Source: a virus (lineage: Duplodnaviria > Caudoviricetes). Taken from it: 64,000 bases of DNA. Numbering within the stretch: position 1 is the first letter of the stretch; the number at the start of each line of letters is the position of its first letter. Of the stretch, positions 26,295 to 34,305 are shown one piece after another. Made by a program: the position numbers and the translations under genes. The notes beneath the pieces are model-generated. The model saw only the letters and a list, made by a program, of their open reading frames with translations. It was not told the origin of the DNA and ran no database searches. The stretch is taken from positions 4,411 through 68,410 of the IMG/VR virus record IMGVR_UViG_3300027809_000006; one strand, written 5' to 3'.

Positions 26295-26868
26295 GAGTGA
26301 TGATCATCTCATTTCGTTGAGTGATACAACACGAAACACTCCTGATTGGATGGAACTTAAAAGGGATACTCGTGATGAGTTCCCTATCTTTGTTACTGGA
26401 AGTATGCGCCGTTGGAGGGAGAATGCTCGCTTCCTCTCCGGTTGTAATTATTATGGGATGGCTCAGACATGGGGTGAAAACTTCATCTTGACTCGTCCTA
26501 GAGCACGACCCGGTCAGAACACCGTACCTGATCCGATTATGTTCCAGTTAGATAGTGACAAAACTAATTGGGAACAAACGGGTGAGTACTTCGATCAGGA
26601 TCGTTTGAGAGGTGTCGAGGGGGAGGTGTACGGTGTACCCCTTCGTAAATTAGCCCAACTAGATATTCATGAACAAAATGGTGATGGTGTCAATAGGCAG
26701 AAGCTTTATGTCAATCTCATCAACCCCAAACAGAAGCGTGCAAACGTTCGTTGCTTTGCCTATGTTGCCGATGTAGATGAGTATATGAAGACATATGCCC
26801 CTTCGGATAACCTTGAATATTGTGGCACTATCGCTACAGGTGGAGGTAAGGAGTTTTATCGTGCTTAA
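26275..26868 (+). CDS. Second gamma-glutamylcyclotransferase-like protein; start approximate
   Basis: IFVTGSMRR, VEGEVYGV, LAQLDIHE, C-terminal RQKLYV..CFAY pattern. Confidence 0.7.
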   Translation: MSQRLLKSDDHLISLSDTTRNTPDWMELKRDTRDEFPIFVTGSMRRWRENARFLSGCNYYGMAQTWGENFILTRPRARPGQNTVPDPIMFQLDSDKTNWEQTGEYFDQDRLRGVEGEVYGVPLRKLAQLDIHEQNGDGVNRQKLYVNLINPKQKRANVRCFAYVADVDEYMKTYAPSDNLEYCGTIATGGGKEFYRA

Positions 26869-26870
26869 CC

Positions 26871-27119
26871 TTGGAGATAAGAATGAAGATATCTGATTGG
26901 CTTCTCAGTCATTATAAAAAGAAGTTTGGTAATAATCTTGTTGTATTAAGTCATGAACATGGTTCTACTTGGAACGATGGTGGTGGATGGAACAACACTG
27001 TAATTAAAGTAGACGGTAAAATATTACAAATTTATATGCCCTCTGATTATAACACTAATAAATTAGAAGTAACTGAGATGAAGGCTGTACTCAAAGAGGT
27101 TTATGTACCAGCCAAATAA
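26871..27119 (+). CDS. Hypothetical protein
   Basis: 82 aa in operon context. Confidence 0.65.
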   Translation: MEIRMKISDWLLSHYKKKFGNNLVVLSHEHGSTWNDGGGWNNTVIKVDGKILQIYMPSDYNTNKLEVTEMKAVLKEVYVPAK

Positions 27120-27129
27120 GGATTTTAAA

Positions 27130-27480
27130 ATGGCAAAACATAATATTGGTGATATTGTATGTTATACAAATAAGAATGAACGACTTGTTGTATATGGTGA
27201 AGTTGTTGCAATTTGGAGGGATAGTTGGTCTGGTAGTAGGCAAGTTATGATTGAACCTTTGGATGAATCTTTTAATCATTCTCGTTTGTTTCATACTACA
27301 GTAAGTACTACTCAAGATTACCAATTTAATCCAAATAAGTTCGGTAATCATTCTGTTAATCTTCGCCGCTCACTTCGTAGATGTATTTGGGCACCTATGG
27401 TAAGTAAAAATCTTGTGGCAGCATATCCCTCAAAGGATTATGATCCTACTCAAAATGGTGACAGAGATGAGGACATTTAA
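27130..27480 (+). CDS. YDPxQQGD-tail family protein 13 (SH3-like)
   Basis: ATG 27130; HNIGDIVCY...YGEVVAI; ends KDYDPTQNGDRDEDI*. Confidence 0.85.
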   Translation: MAKHNIGDIVCYTNKNERLVVYGEVVAIWRDSWSGSRQVMIEPLDESFNHSRLFHTTVSTTQDYQFNPNKFGNHSVNLRRSLRRCIWAPMVSKNLVAAYPSKDYDPTQNGDRDEDI

Positions 27481-27730
27481 AGTTGGTGATCAGGTAGTAT
27501 TTATTAGGGATAATAGAGAAGGTGGCTCAAGTGTAGGGGCCAAAGGTGATGAAGCAACTGTTATAGAATATCATAATAACACTAGTGGGTACTATGCACG
27601 TATATTAAGAGTTAGAATGAAAAGTGGTCGTACTAAAGGGGCATCTTGGTGGTGTCATGAAGATGATATAAGGGTATCAGAATTAACTTATGATCCCAAC
27701 CAACAAGGAGATACTGACGAAGATATTTAA
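27467..27730 (+). CDS. YDPxQQGD-tail family protein 14 (SH3-like)
   Basis: ATG 27467 inside the previous tail; FKVGDQVVF...WWCHEDDIR; ends LTYDPNQQGDTDEDI*. Confidence 0.88.
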   Translation: MRTFKVGDQVVFIRDNREGGSSVGAKGDEATVIEYHNNTSGYYARILRVRMKSGRTKGASWWCHEDDIRVSELTYDPNQQGDTDEDI

Positions 27731-27731
27731 C

Positions 27732-27760
27732 TTGACTACCCCACAACAAAATGATATAAT
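27732..27760 (+). promoter_or_regulatory. Sigma70 promoter for the replication module
   Basis: TTGACT, 17-nt spacer, TG-preceded TATAAT. Confidence 0.85.
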
Positions 27761-27775
27761 TAATAGGTAGAGTAA

Positions 27776-28003
27776 ATGAGCAAACTGAAAGAACTACAAG
27801 AGTTGTCATATCTAGCCAGTCGAGGAACACATTTCCGTTGTTCTATTTGTAACACGGTATCAAATGAGAGTATTGAGACGAATATAGGGGACTATCGACC
27901 GCATACCTCATTCACATCAGACCCCAAAGATAGACGCCACTTCATCTGTATTACTTGTGATGAAGTTATTAATGATACATTATCTGAATTTGAAGAAGAA
28001 TAA
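27776..28003 (+). CDS. Zinc-ribbon protein
   Basis: RCSIC...ICITC (two CxxC) and acidic tail. Confidence 0.75.
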   Translation: MSKLKELQELSYLASRGTHFRCSICNTVSNESIETNIGDYRPHTSFTSDPKDRRHFICITCDEVINDTLSEFEEE

Positions 28004-28036
28004 ATTTTTAACAATACATATATTTAAGGAATTTGA

Positions 28037-29587
28037 ATGTCCAAATGGGATAAAACGCAATTACCGTGCCCATGTGGAAAGTCCTCAGATGCATATTCTA
28101 CAGATGTCAATGGAAATGGTTATTGTTTTGGTCAGTGTGGAGGTAAATTTTTCCGCAATGAGGTTGAAGAAAGTATTGACAAAGACCAATATACCCTTGA
28201 CTACTATGAGCATCGTGGTCTAACCAAACGCACGTTTGAAAAATTTGGAGTACAAACAAAATTCTATGAGGGTATTCCCCTTGAAGTAGCTTTCGATTAC
28301 CCTAATGGTGCTAAGAAAATCAGACGACTGGATGATAAAAAGTTCCGTTCGTTTGGTGATATCTCTAGTACCCACCTCTTTGGTAAAAATATTTATGACA
28401 AGGGGTCAAAGAAAGTATTGACAATTACTGAGGGTGAATATGATGCCCTCTCTGTGGCACAAATTGTAGGTGATGAAACCGCTGTTGTGTCCGTTCGTAA
28501 TGCTGCCTCCGCCAAGAACGACTGTACTATTGAACATGAGTACATAAATTCATTTGACAAAATTATTATTAACTTTGATGCAGATGAAGCAGGTCAAACA
28601 GCTGCCAAAAGGGTAGCTTCCTTGTTTGACTTTAAGAAGGTATATAATCTTTGTCTCTCTCGACATAAGGATGCTAACAAGTATCTGGAAGAAGGGGAGG
28701 CTAAGGAATATTATGAAGCATGGAGAGGTGTTCGTAGGTACTCTCCTGATAACCTTCTTTCCACCATGAGTGACTTCCGTGAGGCTCTTAAGAATAGACG
28801 TGAGGAACGACTTGCCTCATATCCGTTTGAAACTATGCAACGTATGCTTCACGGTATCCATAGTAGTGAAGTTATTGTTATCAAAGCACCAGAAGGTGTT
28901 GGCAAAACAGAAGTCTTTAGGGCAATTGAAAACCATGTGCTAAAGACAACCAACCATCCTATTGCTCTCATTCATCTTGAAGAAGATAATGGCACTACCC
29001 TTAGGGCAATGGCAGGGTATTTCTCTGAGACCAGAGTTCTTGATCCAGAGGCACCAGCAGAAGATGAAGAAGTTCTTAAAATCCTAGAGAAGATTGCAGG
29101 AGACCACGAAAGTCGGTTCATGTTGCATTCCTCTTTTGATGTCGAGGATGAAGATGCCTTTATTGGTAATGTTCGCTTTATGGTGGCTGCCGGTGGAGCT
29201 AAGGTTGTATTCTTTGACCATATCAGTTGGTTGGCTACTGGCTCTCCCACAGATGGTAAGGGTGATGATGAACGTAAGAAGCTTGACCGTATTAGTCAGA
29301 AGTTAAAGCTGCTTGCGAAAGAATTAGGATTTGCCCTTATTATGATCTCTCACGTTAACGACGATGGCCTTACACGAGGTTCTCGTAACATTAGTAAGGT
29401 AGCCAATACAGTTATCTCTCTTGCTCGTGACAAGACCTCTGCGGACGAAATGGAACGTATGAAAACTCAATTCCTTATTGAGAAGGCTCGACTGATTGGT
29501 GCCAAGGAAGGCCCAGCTGGTTTTGCTATTTATGATGATGAGTGCCTCATGTTAAGGGACCCGATGGAGAAAGGATTAACAATATGA
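28037..29587 (+). CDS. T7 gp4-like primase-helicase
   Basis: N-terminal CPC..C..C Zn finger, TOPRIM TEGEYDA and FDAD, helicase GVGKT, FFDHIS, ISHV, RGS. Confidence 0.95.
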   Translation: MSKWDKTQLPCPCGKSSDAYSTDVNGNGYCFGQCGGKFFRNEVEESIDKDQYTLDYYEHRGLTKRTFEKFGVQTKFYEGIPLEVAFDYPNGAKKIRRLDDKKFRSFGDISSTHLFGKNIYDKGSKKVLTITEGEYDALSVAQIVGDETAVVSVRNAASAKNDCTIEHEYINSFDKIIINFDADEAGQTAAKRVASLFDFKKVYNLCLSRHKDANKYLEEGEAKEYYEAWRGVRRYSPDNLLSTMSDFREALKNRREERLASYPFETMQRMLHGIHSSEVIVIKAPEGVGKTEVFRAIENHVLKTTNHPIALIHLEEDNGTTLRAMAGYFSETRVLDPEAPAEDEEVLKILEKIAGDHESRFMLHSSFDVEDEDAFIGNVRFMVAAGGAKVVFFDHISWLATGSPTDGKGDDERKKLDRISQKLKLLAKELGFALIMISHVNDDGLTRGSRNISKVANTVISLARDKTSADEMERMKTQFLIEKARLIGAKEGPAGFAIYDDECLMLRDPMEKGLTI

Positions 29588-30021
29588 GAATTTATTTAAA
29601 CACTGATTTTCACTCTATATCAACTCGTGATGCAGATACTGAAGATGAATGGGATCGTGGCGATACTCATACTTCTTGGACTTTTGGTAGTGCTTATGTG
29701 AGCGATGATAAAAAGTATGGTGAGTACATTGAAGTAGATTTTGACGTTAAACAAGGTGATGTAGTTTACTTAGTAGGAGCTATTTGGTCTGACGGTGATT
29801 CTTTTGGTCATGACGACTGTTCACGTTTTGAGTTATTTGCTGGATACAAAGATAAAAATAAAGCACTTGAGGCAGTAAAAATTCTTGAGGGTACTTCTAC
29901 TGGATCATGGGATAAAAAGGTTAAACTTCCTGATGGTTATGAATTAACTTATATTCCATGGAATGGTTATTTTGAAAGTCTTGACTCTATAGAGTTATTT
30001 GAAAGGATTATTACAGAATGA
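29584..30021 (+). CDS. Acidic hypothetical protein
   Basis: ATG 29584; WSDGDSFG...WNGYFESL motif. Confidence 0.7.
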   Translation: MRIYLNTDFHSISTRDADTEDEWDRGDTHTSWTFGSAYVSDDKKYGEYIEVDFDVKQGDVVYLVGAIWSDGDSFGHDDCSRFELFAGYKDKNKALEAVKILEGTSTGSWDKKVKLPDGYELTYIPWNGYFESLDSIELFERIITE

Positions 30022-30134
30022 AAGCACTTCCTGTAATTCTTGCCCTAATTATTATCTTAGTGGCACTAACTTCTTGTCAATCAATTAATTATGTACCCAA
30101 ACCGGATGATAGTTGGTTATGGAGGACAATATGA
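30018..30134 (+). CDS. Small lipoprotein (38 aa, not in track)
   Basis: MKALPVILALIIILVALTSC lipobox; ATGA overlap with the upstream stop. Confidence 0.55.
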   Translation: MKALPVILALIIILVALTSCQSINYVPKPDDSWLWRTI

Positions 30135-30270
30135 GTAGTGATAAGGATGGTGAATTATTCTATCTTCGTGATAAAGTAAAACGATTGACAAAACTTAATG
30201 CAGAACTTCGACGTGAACTTGAGAATAAAGAACAACCTAAAGTTTCTCAACAAGGTTGGGGATATTCTGA

Positions 30271-30299
30271 TTGACAACCACTCGTTTAGGTGGTATAAT
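30271..30299 (+). promoter_or_regulatory. Perfect consensus sigma70 promoter upstream of DNA polymerase
   Basis: TTGACA, 17-nt spacer, TATAAT. Confidence 0.9.
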
Positions 30300-30461
30300 T
30301 AATATGTACAGTAAGAAAGATAGAATGAAAACACTTGATGAAATGAAAGAAGATTATCTAAAAGAAAAACAAATCAAGTATATTGGGAGGCGTAAGAAAA
30401 AGAAGTTTGAAACAAATGATTTGATTACCTATCACACAATGCATGAGACACAAAAGGTGTT

Positions 30462-30668
30462 ATGATGATTGCAAATTATGTATTTATTGGCCTTTGCGTA
30501 ATGATTACTAACTATGTATATCGTTATTGGGAAAGCAAGGGTTTTTCGGATCGTGAAGAACCGACTTTTATGGCTTTAGCTTTTACTGTCTTCCTTTGGC
30601 CAGCATGTCTGCTGTTCCTTATTGTTGACAGCTTTATGAAATTTATCTCTCTCTTTAGAAGGAATTGA
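30462..30668 (+). CDS. Small membrane protein
   Basis: Two hydrophobic segments, FLWPACL. Confidence 0.6.
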   Translation: MMIANYVFIGLCVMITNYVYRYWESKGFSDREEPTFMALAFTVFLWPACLLFLIVDSFMKFISLFRRN

Positions 30669-30669
30669 T

Positions 30670-32562
30670 TTGTCAAAAGGAATTTGGGTATTCGATTGTG
30701 AAGGTGATGGACTTAATCCTACTAAACTTCACTGCTTAGCAGCTTGTGCCCCTAAGACACCTGACAAAGTTTTTGTTACCTCTGATTATGATGAGATGCG
30801 TAAGTTCCTTTTAAATGCAAAGGTTCTTATTGCACACAATAGTAAACGATTTGATATTCCTGCACTGGAACGTCTACTAGGTATTAAGATTACAGCCAAG
30901 ATTGTAGATACCTTGGCACTCTCTTGGTATCTATATCCTCAAAGACAAAAACATGGATTGGCAGAATGGGGTATCTCTTTTGGTGTCCCGAAACCCCCAA
31001 TTGACGATTGGGAAAATCTTTCAGTTGAAGAATATCAAAACCGATGCAAAGAAGATGTGCGTATTAATGTTCGTCTTTGGAACCAGATGTACGAGTATTT
31101 GGTTAATATCTACCACACCAATACGGAAATCTGGCGACTTGTTGACTACCTTTCCTTCAAAATGCATTGCGCAATGCTTCAAGAAAAAAGCAGATGGTTG
31201 CTAGATATTGAAGCTACACGTAAGTCATTAACAGAACTTGAAGAAATTCAACAAGAAAAAGTTGAGAACCTTAGTGCAGCAATGCCTCAGGTTCCTGAAA
31301 TACAGTACAAAACAAAACCTAAGAGGTTCTTAAACAAAGATGGTTCATACTCAAAGTTGGGTATGGATTGGAATGCTCTCCTTGCAGAGAAAGGCTTACC
31401 GCCTAATTATGATGGTGAGATTGAAATTATCAAGGGGATGGAGCCGGGTAATCCGAACTCCAATGACCAAAAGAAAGAGTGGCTATATTCGTTAGGATGG
31501 AAACCAAGAACTTTCAAAGAAGTCAAAAATAAAGAGACAGGTGAAATTAGGGAAATCCCTCAGATTAATCTCGAACAAGGTAAGGGTATTTGTGACTCCA
31601 TTAAGGAGTTATATGAAATTGAACCTGCCTTGGAACTTCTGGAAGGATTGTCAGTCCTACAACATAGGATTGGTATTCTTAAAGGATTTCTTAGGGATCA
31701 AGAAGAAGGATGGCTACAAGCTCAAATCTCCGGTCTGACAAACACACTCAGGTTTAAGCATACTACAATTGTTAATCTACCAAAGCCTGACAAGCTTTTT
31801 GCCAAGTCTATACGTAGTGCCCTAGTTGCTCCGAAAGGTATGCAATTATGTGGTTCGGATATGTCCTCTCTTGAGGATCGATTGAAGCAACACTTTATCT
31901 ATCCCCTCGACCCTAAGTATGTTGAGGAAATGATGGTTGATGGGTTCGATCCGCATCTTGACTTGGCTTTGTCTGCATCTGCTGTAACAATAGAACAAGT
32001 TTTAAGATTTAAAGATGGCACTGATAAGTCTATTGGTGGTATTCGTCATATCTATAAAACTGGTAACTACTCTCTTCAATATGGAACAGGAGTGCCAAAA
32101 CTTAGTAGATCAACAGGTCTCTCTCAAGATGAAGCCAGAAAGGTTTATGAAGCCTACTGGAAACGTAATTGGGCTGTTAAGAAGGTTGCTAGTCAGCAGA
32201 TTGTAAAGACTGTAGATAACCAAATGTGGTTGTTTAACCCTGTCAGTAAGTTGTGGTATTCCCTTCGTTATGAGAAAGATATTTTCTCTACGTTGGTACA
32301 AGGTACTGCATCTTATGTGTTTGACATGTGGGTTCAGAAGATTATGAACAAAAAGGAGCAACTAACTGCTCAGTTCCACGACGAAATTGTTCTTTGTGTT
32401 AAAGAAGGTTATGCCAACTTTAATGAAGAGACAAAGAAGTGGGAAGGACCAATTGTAAACTTACTTAAAAATTGTATTAAAGAACTTAACGAAGAACTTA
32501 AACTTAATCGTGAATTGGATATTGATGTTCAATTCGGTTATAGATATTCGGATATTCACTAA
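30670..32562 (+). CDS. DNA polymerase family A (T7-like) with 3'-5' exonuclease
   Basis: Exo FDCEGD, HNSKRFDIP; polymerase motif A GSDMSSLED, motif B KTGNYSLQYG, motif C QFHDE. Confidence 0.96.
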   Translation: MSKGIWVFDCEGDGLNPTKLHCLAACAPKTPDKVFVTSDYDEMRKFLLNAKVLIAHNSKRFDIPALERLLGIKITAKIVDTLALSWYLYPQRQKHGLAEWGISFGVPKPPIDDWENLSVEEYQNRCKEDVRINVRLWNQMYEYLVNIYHTNTEIWRLVDYLSFKMHCAMLQEKSRWLLDIEATRKSLTELEEIQQEKVENLSAAMPQVPEIQYKTKPKRFLNKDGSYSKLGMDWNALLAEKGLPPNYDGEIEIIKGMEPGNPNSNDQKKEWLYSLGWKPRTFKEVKNKETGEIREIPQINLEQGKGICDSIKELYEIEPALELLEGLSVLQHRIGILKGFLRDQEEGWLQAQISGLTNTLRFKHTTIVNLPKPDKLFAKSIRSALVAPKGMQLCGSDMSSLEDRLKQHFIYPLDPKYVEEMMVDGFDPHLDLALSASAVTIEQVLRFKDGTDKSIGGIRHIYKTGNYSLQYGTGVPKLSRSTGLSQDEARKVYEAYWKRNWAVKKVASQQIVKTVDNQMWLFNPVSKLWYSLRYEKDIFSTLVQGTASYVFDMWVQKIMNKKEQLTAQFHDEIVLCVKEGYANFNEETKKWEGPIVNLLKNCIKELNEELKLNRELDIDVQFGYRYSDIH

Positions 32563-33419
32563 TGGATAGTGTAGTTAAATCAGTGCTGGAATATATCCAG
32601 AAACAAGAAGGGCATCAATTCAGTGTCCTTGCAGGTGGAGCAGTAAGAGATGAACACTTTGGGTTAACACCAAAAGATTATGATTTGTTTATCCCATCCA
32701 CCTCTCCCCGCCAAATCAACGAACTTAAAGACTCAATGATTAAAGATTTGGGTATTGAGGATGTCATCCTTAAGGGCACTCAATACGAAGGTCTTACGGA
32801 ACACTCAGGTCAAAAGGTTACTGGTGTATATGGCTTCTTTTATGCTGACAAAGAGTTTGATCTTATTGGTGTAAAAGAAGAAGATGATGGTGACTTTGGT
32901 GATATTGTGATCAATAGTTTCGATTATGGTATCAACATGTTGTGGCATGATGGTGTCACTAAGTATGAAAGCCCTAAGTTTCAAGATGATGTTTGGGGTA
33001 GACGTTTGACCCTACATAATATTAAAACTCTTGATGCACTTCCAAAAGCAATGGAACGTTTTAATAAGTTTAATGAAAAATTAGGTGGTGGTTATCTTTT
33101 TAGGTGCCCAAAACTTACACTAAAGGGTGATGAAAGGGATATTAAAACTCTACCAAGAAAGAAATTCCCTGATCTTGTTTTTGATGATGCAGAAAATACT
33201 GAAGTAGGTTGGGGTGAAGATCCTATTCCTACTCCTAATATAGCACCCACTGCAACTATTCCTACTATGGGTGGTGTTGGTACTGGTTGGACTGGTGGCT
33301 TAGGTACAACTGGTGTATGGGCAGCAAATACTGGTAACACAATTAATGTTGCAGAACAAGCCACCATTACACAAGAAACAATTATTAATCAAATGAATAA
33401 CCTACTAAATAATAACTAA
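32562..33419 (+). CDS. Nucleotidyltransferase (polyA polymerase/CCA-enzyme head-like)
   Basis: LAGGAVRD...KDYDLF, FDLI, SFDYGINM; low-complexity C-terminus. Confidence 0.8.
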   Translation: MDSVVKSVLEYIQKQEGHQFSVLAGGAVRDEHFGLTPKDYDLFIPSTSPRQINELKDSMIKDLGIEDVILKGTQYEGLTEHSGQKVTGVYGFFYADKEFDLIGVKEEDDGDFGDIVINSFDYGINMLWHDGVTKYESPKFQDDVWGRRLTLHNIKTLDALPKAMERFNKFNEKLGGGYLFRCPKLTLKGDERDIKTLPRKKFPDLVFDDAENTEVGWGEDPIPTPNIAPTATIPTMGGVGTGWTGGLGTTGVWAANTGNTINVAEQATITQETIINQMNNLLNNN

Positions 33420-33429
33420 AGGAAAACTA

Positions 33430-34023
33430 ATGGCTACAAAATACGCAAACCTGAAAGTAAAACTTAAGTGGGCAAAGGTCTATGAACCTGATGCCTTCAT
33501 GGGTGCTGAGAACTGGAAGGTAGCTGCCTATCCGGTTGACGAAAAGGAATGGGATAAGTTTAAGGCTACTGGTCTTGAGCTTGGTATTAAGACTGATGCT
33601 GATGGTGAGTATATCACCCTTCGTCGTCCAACTAAGAAGCTTATTAAGGATGAGTTAGTTGTATTCTCTCCACCGGAAATCACTGGTGCAGTTAACGTTC
33701 TATATGTGAATGAAGCTGGTGATCGTGTACGTCAGTATAATAAGGGTGATAAGGTAAAGGTCATCACTGAGGGTGAACAGGAGATGATCCCGAATGGATC
33801 GCTTGCTATCGTCAACTTCTCTTATTACGATACGATTAAGGGTAAAGGACATCGACTGGAAAGTCTTCGAATTCTTGAACTTGCCGAATATATCGAAGCT
33901 ACCCCAAGGGTTGCAGATGAAGCAGAAGCTAAAGAAGAAGTTAAGGAAGTAAAGAAAGAGACTAAGGTGAAGGACGTTAAGGCTTCTGATAAAGAAGAAC
34001 TTAACGATGATATTCCTTGGTAA
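33430..34023 (+). CDS. Single-stranded DNA-binding protein
   Basis: KLKWAKVYEPD...NGSLAIV...HRLESLRIL and acidic tail ending LNDDIPW. Confidence 0.85.
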   Translation: MATKYANLKVKLKWAKVYEPDAFMGAENWKVAAYPVDEKEWDKFKATGLELGIKTDADGEYITLRRPTKKLIKDELVVFSPPEITGAVNVLYVNEAGDRVRQYNKGDKVKVITEGEQEMIPNGSLAIVNFSYYDTIKGKGHRLESLRILELAEYIEATPRVADEAEAKEEVKEVKKETKVKDVKASDKEELNDDIPW

Positions 34024-34055
34024 TAGTTCCTGTAACAATTATTGTGGTTATGATG

Positions 34056-34081
34056 GGGGTAGTCTCTTGGCTATCCCTTTC
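34056..34081 (+). terminator. Probable intrinsic terminator after SSB
   Basis: GGGGTAGTC-TCTT-GGCTATCCC followed by TTT. Confidence 0.5.
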
Positions 34082-34092
34082 AGGCCGTTGGA

Positions 34093-34305
34093 GTGATGAC
34101 GAAGATGACTAAATATCTTGAATATCTAATTGAATATGACAATAAGAACCTTGTAGTGTATGTCTCTGGTCTTGATGAGGATGGCTATTGGTGGCAGCTT
34201 AGTTGTCATGAAGATGTAAATAACCCTGAAGATTTTGCTCAGGGTATGGAGCAAATGTATATTAGTGCAGGAGATAAGGTAACTGTGGAGGCTGTCACTA
34301 TTTGA
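34093..34305 (+). CDS. Acidic hypothetical protein
   Basis: 70 aa; its stop overlaps the exonuclease start. Confidence 0.6.
   Translation: MMTKMTKYLEYLIEYDNKNLVVYVSGLDEDGYWWQLSCHEDVNNPEDFAQGMEQMYISAGDKVTVEAVTI

Larger units (their letters stand above)
10223..27730 (+). repeat. Dispersed family of 14 coding 48-nt repeats encoding the C-terminal tail LxYDPxQQGDxDEDI-stop
   Basis: Copies at 10223-10270, 11931-11978, 12282-12329, 16582-16629, 17575-17622, 17840-17887, 19562-19609, 19806-19853, 21139-21186, 22167-22214, 24125-24172, 25099-25146, 27433-27480, 27683-27730; each includes the stop codon of its ORF. Confidence 0.97.

Noticed and set aside
10223-27730. Tail repeats as a CRISPR array or integron attC sites
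   Set aside because: Spacing is 250-4300 nt, the repeats are in-frame coding with synonymous variation, no palindromic attC structure is evident, and no cas or integrase gene is in the window.
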